From assembly GCF_964188315.1 (NCBI RefSeq), contig NC_135671.1, positions 38,192,001 through 38,256,000 on the forward strand: a stretch of 64,000 bases of DNA. Reading direction: 5' to 3'. The DNA is from Podarcis muralis (lineage: Eukaryota). Shown here in pieces: positions 34,757 through 46,114 of the stretch. Under the pieces are notes generated by a model, which made no database searches, was not told the origin of the DNA, and saw only the letters and a program-made list of their open reading frames with translations. The position numbers were made by a program, and so were the translations under genes. The stretch's first letter is position 1. The number at the start of each line of letters is the position of its first letter.

Positions 34757-36030
34757 GTCTGGATATATCCACGCTGATTGGCAGCCACAGCCCCCAGGGG
34801 TTCAGGCGGGGCGGGGGGCATTTCTAGCCCCACCTGGAGATGCCATTGAACCTGGGACCTCCTGCACGCAGAGCAGTTGCTCCACCCCTTCCCCCTTGCC
34901 AGTGGTCCTTGCGTTGGCAGCAGCTGCTCACAGGCCAGCTGAACCAGGGGCGCATGTCCTTCCTGGCGCTGTGAGCAGGCTGCAGGGTCTCTGTTGTGTC
35001 CATTGCGGTGCCTGTCCAGCCAGCTCTCTGGTTTGATGAGCAGCCGCTTTTGGCCGTACAGGACAGCTGGCGAAGGGTGTGAACAATGCCTGTGGGCCAT
35101 AAATCATCAGCCTGGGCGCAGAGTTGCATACAAAGGGAATGTGCTTGACTGTGCAGCTGGGGCTGGAAGTAGGGATGGGGGGGGGGGGGGGAGCTGTCGG
35201 CTTCCATATCTTTGCTGTGTGTGAGTGTCTGGCCAGGAGGCAGGATGTTCTGGTCTTGTGAGCACAGCCCTTGGCCTTCGGGCTGCAGCTTCTCAGCTCA
35301 CTTTCCCTTTCATTGTTGCAAAATGCGTTTGTTGTCCGTGCTCAGAATGGCTATACAGAGGGAACTGGGAGTCCTGGGCCAGATCTCACTCCCATAACGC
35401 TTGTCCAAGGTGGCATTGCCCTTCCCTTGCCCTTGAAAGCACGTTGACTTGCAAGGCGGTTATTCAGAAAGGTAAAAGGCCTGCCCTTCCCTCTCTTGTG
35501 TCCTCGCTATCGAGAGAAGCTTTTGAAAAAACAGGAAGGAGCATTTTCTCCAGGCGAGAGCTGCAAACCACCCTTCTCTGGGCTTCACTTGTCACTGAAG
35601 CACTCGAAGGGACTGCCAGTGTTCTCTCGTTCCGCTTTGTGGCCTTGCGTTGGCAGCTCTTGCAGCCAGAGGAATCTGTGCTGAGGGCCATCTTCGCCTT
35701 GCCCTGGGTTTATTGCCACCTCACTCCCTTCTCTGACCGACATTTCGGTCTGTGGCCTCTAACAGACAGTGGTCATCTGGTGGTGGCAAAAGCCTCTTTG
35801 ACATCTGGCCAAGGCTGAGCTTTGTGGGTGGCACTCTTGGCCTGTGTCCTGGCACTCCCTTGCCGCGACTGATCTGCTTGGTGGCTCCTGGATGTGGCAG
35901 CCTTCCTTCCCCTGGGCCAGTCCAAGCTGCCGGAAGGGCTTGTGTAAGCCTTGCCATGTAGCGCCTGACTTGTGCAGCTCCGGGGGCTGGCTCTGCATGG
36001 TTCTCTGTATGTTAGTCTGCCTCCTGTGGT

Positions 36031-36280
36031 GCCTGTGTGGTGTAGTGGTTAAGGGTAGTGGACTCGTGATCTGGTGAACCGGGTTCGATTCTCTGCTCCT
36101 CCACATGCAGCTGCTGGGTGACCTTGGGCCAGTCACACTTCTCTGAAGTCTCTCAGCCCCACTCACCTCACAGAGTGTTTGTTGTGGGGAAGGAAGGGAA
36201 AGGAGATTGTTAGTCGCTTTGAGACTCCTTTGGGTAGTGATAAAGCAGGATATCAAATCCAAACTCCTCTTCTTCTCTTC
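36031..36280 (+). mobile_element. tRNA-derived SINE of Squam3 type (L2-like tail)
   Basis: Head TGTGGTGTAGTGGTTAAG...GGGTTCGATTC and tail GATATCAAATCCAAACTC(CTT)n. The family name is from memory. Confidence 0.85.
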
Positions 36281-36597
36281 TCCTACTGCTGAAAAGGAGC
36301 TGCTCCTTGAAAGGGTGACGTGCAGTGGCTTCTTTCAAGTCCAGGAAGCGTTGCTTCATTCTTCTTGCTCCTCTGGTGGGGATGGGGCAAGAAGTGATAA
36401 GGCTAAGTTGGAGGGAAGCAGTGGTGATGGCAGGTGGAAGGTGGAGCAGAAGCTGTGTCTAAGCTGAGAGCCCTGGTGAGCAACAACCTCGTAAGAGAGG
36501 CCATATTTTGATATAAACAATTGCAGAAGGTCTGGCAGAATGGGTTCTCTCTGTGGAGCTGCGCCTGCATTGGCAGGGGCCACAACCACTTCCGGAC

Positions 36598-37480
36598 TTC
36601 AATCAAACCTTTATTGCATTAGCATACAGCCATAGCAGGATAAGACAAAAATGCTAGAGACAAGCAACCAAACAAAATTCAAAGCGATATTACTGGCGTT
36701 ATGACATTTAAATTACCCTAAGACAATAATGTAAAGATTTAGTTGCCAGCGCCGGGAATCTAAAATGCGGGTGTATATAAAGCATATAATGGCCCAAAAT
36801 AGGCTCGGCACATTAGGTTAAAAAGGTAATAAAAAGAATTAAAACAGGTCCAGGTCTAGGACACACTACCCGGTCAGAGTAGCCCTGAGTTTCAAAGCCT
36901 GCACTATAAAGATTGCCACCCCACGTGAAATTTGGGGATTTGCGTCCACAAGAAGCGATTTCAAACAGTCTTCCTTAGATGTGATGATGGACGGGATCAA
37001 GAGGAGGAGCTTAGTTCTTATTAGCTCATAAATAGGGCAGTAGAAAAAGAAATGTATGAAGTCCTCCACTTCATTCATTGTGCATGGACATAGACGCTGA
37101 GTAATAGGGGTCTTAGAGTAAATCCCCTGCAGGAAGGCCGTGGGTATAGAATGGAAACAGGCCATGGTAAACGCTCTTCTCAAATTGGGCTCCGTCAGGT
37201 CTATCAAGTAGTTGGCAAGTGATCTTACCACTTTCACTTTAGGGAACCACATGGAGAGGCGAGCTGTGGTGGACTGTGCCCGGTCCATGGCCTCGTCTCT
37301 TGTAAGAATCCCGGATTTTATGTTGGTCCCAAGATGACAGCGTGTCAAGATCTGGGAGGGAGTAGCGTGCAGTAATAGTCTCCATGGCCTTGGACCATTT
37401 GTTGCTATGAGAACAAGTTAAAAAGGCTTGCCTCGCTAGTAGGGAACCTGGGGCATTGATTAATTTACAATTTCCGGACT
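36598..37480 (-). mobile_element. Degenerate non-LTR retrotransposon 3' fragment with CCHC knuckle (RTEX-like)
   Basis: ORF 36866-37348 reads LRRAFTMA...RLCPC...EVEDFIHFFFYCPIY..IR; the 3' end is AATAAAGGTTTGATTG. Confidence 0.7.
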
Positions 37481-38644
37481 TGCTTCTTCTTGAGTTGGGA
37501 GGCAACAAAGGCTTTGGCCAAGCCCTCTGCTGATCCTGCAATTCTGCCTTTTGCTCTCCTCTGTCTTGGTGTGGGGAGAGAACTCCTGTGCAGTGGGGGC
37601 ATTGAAGAGCCTTTGCATAGGCTGTTCGCTGCTACCACTAGCAGCTTGGCTTTCTTGTAGTGGTAAGAATGAAGCTTCCCTATGTCTGTGGGAGAGCTGG
37701 TTGGTGGAGTGGGCTAACCCCCAAAACCTGTACATTAGCTTTGAGGGAGGCGTGGGAAGGGCCCCAAGTGGGCGGCAGAGCACATGTGTCCACGCCAAAG
37801 GTCCCAGGTTCAATCCTTGGCACCACGCAGTAGGTCTGGGCAAGGCTGTTATGCTGCAGAATCTCTGCTGGTCGGGGTACAGGCGATAGTGGACTTGATG
37901 GACCAATATCCTGACTCTGTATAAGGCAGCTTCTTTTATCAACGGTTTGGGGAACCTTGACATGAAGCAGGATTGGGGATCCTAAGTAGCCCTATGGATA
38001 ATGTTGGACTCCAGGTTGTGTCAGCCCCAGTCAGCATGGCCCGTGGCCACGGATGGTGGGAGATGGTGGTCCAGCAATATCCAGAAAGTCACAGGTCCCC
38101 ATCCTTGAACTTTTGACGTGAAGCACAGTCTTCTCTACTGCAGTTAAACCCATGATCCTGTTGAAGGCAAGACCAGCCTTCCATTTTCTTACCAGTCTTC
38201 TCTGGTCAGAGACATTGTTAGGCCTTGCTGTTCTGTTTTCCCCAAAGGGTATGCATGGCTCAGTCGTTTTATGACTGGAAGTGGGGGCTTCAGTGATCCA
38301 GCTGATAAAGCACTACTGGGTTCAGATTCAAGTCCCACCTGGTTAGCCTTGGGCAAGGCCAAGTTGTGTTCCTTGCTTGCTTTCCCCAGTATTCAGAGAC
38401 AGCCTTGGTGGGCAAGGAAGCTACTGCCACCCCCAGTTTCCAGTACAAAATCCTCCTTTCCCAAGGCCAGTTGGGAAGCCTGTGACTGACCTGGAAATTG
38501 AACCTGGTGCTTTATCAACTAGGTGACTCTAGTGCCCTTTACAGCAGACCCAGATCTAAAGACCTCTCTCTGTGTGTCTTAACTCTCTTGTTGACTTGGT
38601 TTGCGATGCCCTCTTTGAGCCACCTTCTGCCTCTGTCCTTGCAG

Positions 38645-38780
38645 TCTGCTGAGACGCCTGGTCACCCTCATCTCCCAGCACGCCACCATCCTGGCTTCGA
38701 ACGAAGCCTTCAAGAAGCAGGCAGAAGGAGCTAGCGATGCGGCCAAGAAGTACATGGAGGAGAACGACAAGCTAAAGAAG
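38645..38780 (+). CDS. BCAP31: BCAP31 exon 5 (136 nt)
   Basis: ccttgcag|T...AAG|GTAGGG; LLRRLVTLISQHATILASNEAFKKQAEGASDAAKKYMEENDKLKK. Confidence 0.97.
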
Positions 38781-41148
38781 GTAGGGGCTCCTGCCTGGGC
38801 CAGAGGCACAGGGGAGGCTGCCGTGGGGCAGTTTGGACTTTGCTGCAGTGCTGTTACAGACATGAGTTTTGAGGCTCCCCTCAGTTTTAGCAGCGGGTGG
38901 CCCTGCTGGATGCTAGTCCCTCTGCTCTTGAGGAAACACAGGTGCAGTGGCCCCTCTGGGCAGTAGTTTGCACACTTCCATGCATCCTCAGACTTCAGAG
39001 GTCTGATTTATGGGTGTATTGGTTGGTGTCTGTAATCCTATAAGGCTCTGAGGCTGTCTGTCACACTATATACCCGGTCCCCTTTTATGGCAGTAACCTT
39101 ACCCAAGGGGTTAATCGCCCACTGGTGCCTTGTTTTTTCAGGAATACTTGGTGGGTGACTTTGACCTACAAGATTGCTGCACTAGCAAATGCCAAGCATT
39201 CGAAGCAGCTGGCATTGCAACCCGCTCCCTCGATAGCCTGGTGTTGGTGAGAGGCTTGCTGGCACCTAAATATGGAGTATACCTCAGAATGGGTTCAAGA
39301 TGGTGTTGGCTAACCCTCCGGTAGTCAAGGCACACTTTCTGAATTTACATGTGAGGCAGGCTTTGTTCTGTCCACCACATTTTTCTTCAGTGAAGGTGTG
39401 GGGAGGAAGATGTAGCCCACTGTGGCCTACCTGTGACCAGCAGGTGGTCTCCTGGGGCTTGGGGGCCCTTTCTTGGCACCAGGAGACACCTGGAATTGGA
39501 CCTGGGACCTTCTGCATGCAGAGCAGGTGGCCCCTCCTCACCTGCATTTCCTGGGCTTGCCTCCCTCCAGCGAGAGCGCAGAGGTGTAAGCCAAACTCTT
39601 CTGGGCAGGGGTGTAGCGCTATTTGCCAGCACCAGGGGTGGTGCAAATGTTCACCAGAGGGAGTGGAGCACATTCACCCAGCTCTTACTGCTGACACTGC
39701 CAGGCAGGTGCTCATGCGCCGGGCAGGGTAGGGGCACAGAGGATGCTCTTTGCCCTTGGCACTCACCCAGCCCTCACTGCCGGAGCCAGGCAGGGCGCGA
39801 CAAAGATGCTGGTTTGCTCCCCTCAAGATTGTGTGCCGGGGCCATGACCCGCCCCATCTCCTGGATGGCAAATAACTTTGCTGATTTTTTGCCTTGAGAA
39901 CACTGGGATGATCTAATGAAGGAGCCAAGCTCCTCTGAAGCCTTACCTTCTGACCACTGGAAATCTTCCTGCTTGGTTCTTTTAAAAACAAACTCCCAAA
40001 CCTTTCAGCGTCATGCATGGTGCTTGTGACAATCTTGCAAAGGGAAACTATAACTGCAGCCCTCTGAACTGGTGTTGGACTGCAGCCCCCATCATGCTTG
40101 ACTGTGGGCCATGCTAGCTGAGACTGATGGGAGTTTCCCCCCAGAAATATCTGGAGTGCCAGGTTCCCCATCCCTGGTATAGGACATTGTGCTCTGCCAG
40201 GAAAAGTATTACATGGTGGAGGTCACCAACTCGGCACCCACAAGCAAGGTGGCACCTGGAGAAGCTTTCATTGGTGCCTTTGGGCAGGGGCTCTGGACTC
40301 GGAGCTTTCCTTTTTCTAAAGATGCAAGTCTCTTGCCCTTCTAGACAGAGAAATAGGAAGCAAAATATGCAGGTACCCCGTCTAAGAAATTTCTGTGAAA
40401 CAAGCTGGAGTGACTGCTCCAACCATTTTAGCCAATGAATTGTTTGGACACCAGGCTATAGTTATTCCTGTGGTCCTAAAGAGTTGCTGTTTTCCCCTCC
40501 TCTTCCGTGTTCTTTTTCTGCTTCAGACTTATTTTCAGGTCCTTGGAATTCCTGTAGTTTCCATTCCTTTTCTGCAGCAACCAGGATGCATTTTTCCTGT
40601 GATTGGTTTTTGTGGGATCAGGGTAGTCCCTAGGAATCATTTTCTGCAAATAGTACTACACAGTGAGTGAGTGTGGGTGCATGCTATGGAATCCCTCCTC
40701 CCCACCGAAGGCAAAGGTTAGAACTTTGCAAACAGGCTGCGCCATCTCTCCTTCTGTGTGGGAGATAAGAATTCACTGCAGTACAATTGTGCACATGTCT
40801 ACTCAGACGTAACACAGGAGGAAAGTGTAGTTTGGCTGGCCAATCGCTGTACCTCTCAATGGCAAACTTTCATTGAGACCAGAAACCGTTGCTCTAGGGT
40901 GGCTGGGTGTGTTTCTGCAAGCTTTTGAATTGTAGAGTTCACTGTGCATTTATTTTTTGAAAAACAAAACACCGTGTGTAAGCTGGCAGCAACGGAAAGG
41001 CACCCCAATGAAGCAGGGCGCTGTGTAGTCCTGCACTTAAATGATGAAAGTGGTAATAACCAGTCTGCACTAGTGATTTTTCACCCTTCTACTTGAGCAC
41101 GGGTGCCCGAGGCCTGTTCACACCCATCTTGCCCTGAGGGAACAAATA

Positions 41149-41394
41149 CAGTCATACCTTGGGTTGCGAACGCTGCGTGTTACGTCTTTTCAGGTTGAGT
41201 CCCGCGGCAGTCCGGAAATACCAGAAAGGGTTACTTCCGGGTTTCGCCGCTCGCGCATGCGCAGATGTGCAAAATGACGTCATGTGCAGAAGTGGTGAAT
41301 CGCGACCCGCACGTGCGCAGACGCGGGTTGTGTTCCTTTCAGGTTGCGAACGTGGCTCCGGAACGGATCCCGTTCACAACCAGAGGTACCACTG
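41149..41394. mobile_element. pogo/Tigger-like MITE with CpG-rich interior
   Basis: TA-CAGTCATACCTTGGGTTGCGAAC ... GTTCACAACCAGAGGTACCACTG-TA. Confidence 0.8.
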
Positions 41395-42499
41395 TAATGT
41401 CTGGAAAGTCTGTAAAACCCTGACACCTGAAATATTTTGTTTCCATCTGCTTCCCCCTCTCCCTTGCAAAAGGAAAAGGTACCTGGGAGCTTTTAAGTTC
41501 GCTAAACATAGGCTTGCTAAATAGTCCCACAGTCTTTACAGCTACAAGGCCTTTAAACTTCTGAGAACCTCGGCTTTGCTTCGTAAGAATCCTGAACTAG
41601 ATCCCAGGTCTTCCCCACCCCCTCCTCACGTGGAGAGTGCGGCTGTGAAAGGCAAGCTCTGTCGCATGGCAAGTGTGTTGGAGTTTCTGGGAATTCACGG
41701 CAGCTGCAGCTTCTAATGCAGAATCCAGATTTCCTTAGAAAATAAAAGAAGAGCAGGCTTCCTTCCACCGCATGATGGACAAAACAGGTGAAAGTGCCCC
41801 TGCATTCTCAAGTTTCAGCTTTGGGGGGTGGGGCTCCAACCTGGGGGCAGCTCCCTTTCATGCAATTTCTTTCCTTGCCAGCTTTTCTCCTCTGAGGCCC
41901 AGCCCTACTTTCTCTCCTCCCTAACCAATAAAAATAAGCATGGAAATTCATGGAATTTCCATTTGCAGCGGGGCGAGAGGCCTCAAATTTGCCTGTGCAC
42001 CAAAGAACCTTTAAACCTTGTGTGTTTTAAACCACCACCCGCCATATGGGGCAGGCAAGCCCCATCACGCTGGGTTGACATGAGGGCACTGCCTTAAATA
42101 TGGCAATAATTTTTATGAGTCAAATAAATAAGGACTCTTCATTAGCAAGACAGCCTTGACCCTCTGGATAGTAGGGTGGTGGTTGAATGTATCTGCTTTG
42201 GTGTGTCTTCAATCTGTAGCCATAAACAGGATTGCAAAGATAAAAATGCAAAGCTTGCTCAAGGGCGGTGATTATGACTTGGGCTTTTGATAGTGCCCCA
42301 GTCCCTTGCGGCTGCTTTTGGAGAGCTCCTCTCTCCCCCGTTCTCTGGCACTACAGACTGGAATGGAATGGACTTTTCTATTCCAGTTAAAAGTCATCTC
42401 TTGTGAATTTTGCTTGGGGAGATTCTGCATCACAGCATGGGGATGTGGCACTCAGTTTGGGAGGAAATCCCCCCCTTTTCTCACTCATTTTCATAGAAC

Positions 42500-42800
42500 C
42501 TTAGAATTGGAGAGTTGGAGCATCCTGCAATGAGCCAGGATGCTCATTGCAAAAAATTGGAAAGGGGGGAAAATCCTACCAATAAAAGAATGACAAATCA
42601 AATTTTGTGAATATATATATTTGGCAAGATTCGCAGCATTCTTAAGGGGACAATCGGACCAAAAATTAGTAAAAGAATGGGATTGTGTTAAAGAATATAT
42701 GAAAAAAACATTGTTCTGGAGTAAGTATATCGGGATGTCATGAATGAAGCTTTGCAGGGTTAAAGAAATTGAAAAATGGTGCAAGATAGAGGTAATCTAC
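42500..42800 (+). mobile_element. Degenerate L1/Tx1-type ORF2 C-terminal fragment
   Basis: Plus-strand translation ARMLIAKNWK...IKE*QIK..EYI.LA...KEWD.VKEY resembles the squamate L1 C-terminus. Confidence 0.55.
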
Positions 42801-43537
42801 ACCAGACACAACAATACAGGACGATTAAAAACTATGAGGTCTCAGAACAAAGGAAGGAAGTCAATGTTAACGATTAGTATGACACTATGGTTTTCTTTGT
42901 AGGCGTGATTTTTTTTTTTAATCTTTGCTTTTTGTTTTGCTTTCCTTTCACCCCCGACCATTAGATATGCTGACTGGGGCTGGTGGGAACCCCTTACAGG
43001 CTTCCTTTGGACTAGCTTAACAGCATGTGAAGGGGCCACAGGGAACCCACCCTAACCTAGAGGGAGGTGGGCAGATCACTTTCTTGAATGCTGGCCCTGT
43101 TGCAGTATGTCTTGGGAGGGGTGTGCAAAGAGGATCAAGTGAACGCAGAAGCTTCTCTAAAAACTGGCTGTGCACACATGATTCCCTCCCCACCCCCCAA
43201 AAAAAGAATACTGGGAATTGTAGGTGCTGGGTGTTGGGAATTGTAGCTCGGTGAGGGGGTATGCTACAGTTCCCAGGACTCTGGGGGACGTCATGTGCTT
43301 TCAATGTGTAGTGTGTACTCAGCCCATATTCCTGGCTGCTTAAGGCCAGCCAAGTTGGAGGGAACTGTGTATTCTAAAGACAACGGGAACTGGTCGAACT
43401 TCTATTCTTGTTTGATTAAGGCAGTTTTATAAATAGCCCCTTCTTGGGTGTGGCAGGTCAGTCTCTTCAAGGTAACCAGGCAGGGAAGTTTTAACAAAAG
43501 ATTCTGTGTCCTTCATTTTGGCCCCCAATTACTTGGT

Positions 43538-44174
43538 AGAAGAAGAAGAGTTTGGATTTGATATCCCGCTTTATCACTACCCTTTATCACCCTATGGGGA
43601 CGCGGGTGGCGCTGTGGGTAAAAGCCTCAGCGCCTAGGGCTTGCTGATCGAAAGGTCGGCGGTTCGAATCCCTGCGGCGGGGTGCGCTCCCGTTGTTCGG
43701 TCCCAGCGCCTGCCAACCTAGCAGTTCGAAAGCACTCCCAGGTGCAAGTAGATAAATAGGGACCGCTTACTAGCGGGAAGGTAAACGGCGTTTCCGTGTG
43801 CGGCTCTGGCTCGCCAGAGCAGCGATGTCACGCTGGCTACGTGACCCGGAAGTGTCTCCGGACAGCGCTGGCCCCCGGCCTCTTGAGTGAGATGGGCGCA
43901 CAACCCTAGAGTCTGTCAAGACTGGCCCGTACGGGCAGGGGTACCTTTACCTTTACCTTATCACTACCCTAAGGAGTCTCAAAGCGGCTAACAATCTCCT
44001 TTCCCTTCCTGCCCCACAACAAACACTCTGTGAGGTGAGTGGGGCTGAGAGACTTCAGAGAAGTGTGACTAGCCCAAGGTCACCCAGCAGCTGCATGTGG
44101 AGGAGCGGGGAAGCGAACCCGGTTCAGCAGATTACGAGTCCACCGCTCTTAACCACTACACCACACTGGCTCTC
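43538..44174 (-). mobile_element. Squam3-type SINE (host), split by a Sauria SINE
   Basis: Tail at 43538-43583 and body/head at 43971-44174; reverse complement of the 36031-36280 type. Confidence 0.87.
43597..43957 (+). mobile_element. Sauria SINE subtype B nested in the Squam3-type SINE
   Basis: 13-bp TSD ttatcactaccct (43571-43583 / 43958-43970). Confidence 0.93.
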
Positions 44175-44894
44175 ACATTGATGTGTGAACTCAAAGCTTA
44201 ATATCAACAAATTCAATGACATAAGCTTCCATTGATTTCAGTGGGTTACTCTGAGCATGATTGAGGTTGGACATCGCCTATAGCAGGGGTGGCCAACTCC
44301 CAAGAGACTGTGATCTACTCACAAAGACTACCCCCATTTTTGAGGTGGTGCAGGTCAAAGTTGTTGACTTTTTTTTTTAGGAAGGAAGGCCCTTTTTTAG
44401 GAAGGGAAGAGGGGGGCCCTGTTTTGGGGGGGTGCAGGGCAAAAATGTTGACCTTTTTTTTAGAGGAGCAAAAGTAGTTGAACTTCTTTGGGCCGGGGGG
44501 GGGGGCAGTGATCTACCGCAGACGTGCAGTTATATACCATTGAAGGATTTCTACTTTTTCAGATTGTCACAGGAGAGCTGGAATAATGTGTTGTAGCTGG
44601 TGGGAAGCAAATACACAGCCTTTGAAGTTGGTTGACGGAATAGTGTCATCCTGCAAAACACAGGCATGAGCAGATGCACACTTTCTACATCTCCATATAA
44701 CGGCTGCAGAACACGAGGGAGGATATTTTTAGGTTGCCATTTTGAAAGCAGTTTGAATTTAAGAATCCATGCATGTTGTAACTTCTGTGAAAGGAGATTC
44801 AGTGGCCCTTGAAGTGGCAATGGAGCAGTTGTATCTGCGACACAGTTGAATATTTGTATATTTTGAATCTCTTTCTCTCTCTGTGTGCGTATAA

Positions 44895-44935
<41 letters not shown>
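44895..44935. repeat. (TA)n(GA)n microsatellite
   Basis: Read directly from the sequence. Confidence 0.95.
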
Positions 44936-45029
44936 AATGTGGTATACAACATGAGAATAAAATCAACAAAATGTCCATGAAAGCATAAACACAGATAAAA
45001 CACCAGTAAACCCTGATTTGTTAAAAAAG

Positions 45030-45200
45030 AGAATTCATATTACAAAGATCTGGCTTAGAATGGTATGGTTTTCAAAAGACCTATGGGCTAGTTCCTGCGA
45101 AACATCTACTGGCAAGGAGTTCCACAGGGCAGCGCCTGCGCCACTAAAGGTTTGGTCCCTTTTACTTGAGCAGTGGAGGGATTTCCAGAAATGGAGGGCA
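45030..45200 (-). mobile_element. Old L2 fragment
   Basis: Minus translation RDQTFSGAGAALWNSLP...F resembles the L2 C-terminal motif. Confidence 0.55.
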
Positions 45201-45414
45201 TAGGATATAAACACACTTGAGGGCATTAAGAATAGCCTTGCTGGATCAGGCTACCCAGGAGGACTCCCCTGCTCAGCGCCTGAGGGCCCCAGTCCTGCCA
45301 CTCACCAACTGGCCTAGGGCGGCGCTTGACGGGCTCCATAAAGGACTGCTGGCGCTGCTGCTGGGCAGAGAGGGCTCCGTTTTTCTTTTTTTAATTGCTG
45401 TTATTTTTTACCTA

Positions 45415-45761
45415 AAGGTACCCCTGCCCGTACGGGCCAGTCTTGACAGACTCTAGGGTTGTGCGCCCATCTCACTCAAGAGGCCGGGGGCCAGCGCTGT
45501 CCGGAGACACTTCCGGGTCATGTGGCCAGCGTGACATCGCTGCTCTGGCGAGCCAGAGCTGCACACGGAAACGCCGTTTACCTTCCCGCTAGTAAGCGGT
45601 CCCTATTTATCTACTTGCACCCGGAGGTGCTTTCGAACTGCTAGGTTGGCAGGCGCTGGGATCAAACAGCGGGAGCGCACCCCGCCGCGGGGATTCAAAC
45701 CACCGACCTTTCGATCGGCATGCCCTAGGCGCTGAGGCTTTTACCCACAGCGCCACCCGCC
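45415..45761 (-). mobile_element. Sauria SINE subtype B
   Basis: 12-bp TSD attttttaccta (45403-45414 / 45762-45773); about 96% identical to 43597-43957. Confidence 0.93.
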
Positions 45762-45872
45762 ATTTTTTACCTATGTCATTTCAAACTGATATTAATGCTG
45801 TAATCTTAGTTTTAGATTTTTATTTATGTGGAAATTGTTTTCCATTTGGTTGTGTATTTTTGATGTGGTTTA

Positions 45873-46114
45873 CAGTGGTACCTCAGGTTACATATGCTTC
45901 AGGTTACATACGCGTCAGGTTACAGACTCTGCTAACCCAGACATAGTGCTTCAGGTTAAGAACTTTGCTTCAGGATGAGAACAGATATTGTGCTCCGACA
46001 GCGTGGCAGCAGTGAGAGGCCCCATTAGCTAAAGTGGTGCTTCAGGTTAAGAACAGTTTCAGGTTAAGAACAGACCTCCAGAACGAATTAAGTACTTAAC
46101 CCGAGGTACCACTG
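45873..46114. mobile_element. pogo/Tigger-like MITE, complete
   Basis: TA-CAGTGGTACCTCAGGTTA ... TAACCCGAGGTACCACTG-TA. Confidence 0.88.

Noticed and set aside
35174-35191. Poly-G/C runs as functional G-quadruplexes (also about 2670, 10526, 44494, 48936, 50219, 57146, 57610)
   Set aside because: Homopolymer tracts are common here, several lie inside repeats, and their lengths are error-prone; nothing singles one out.
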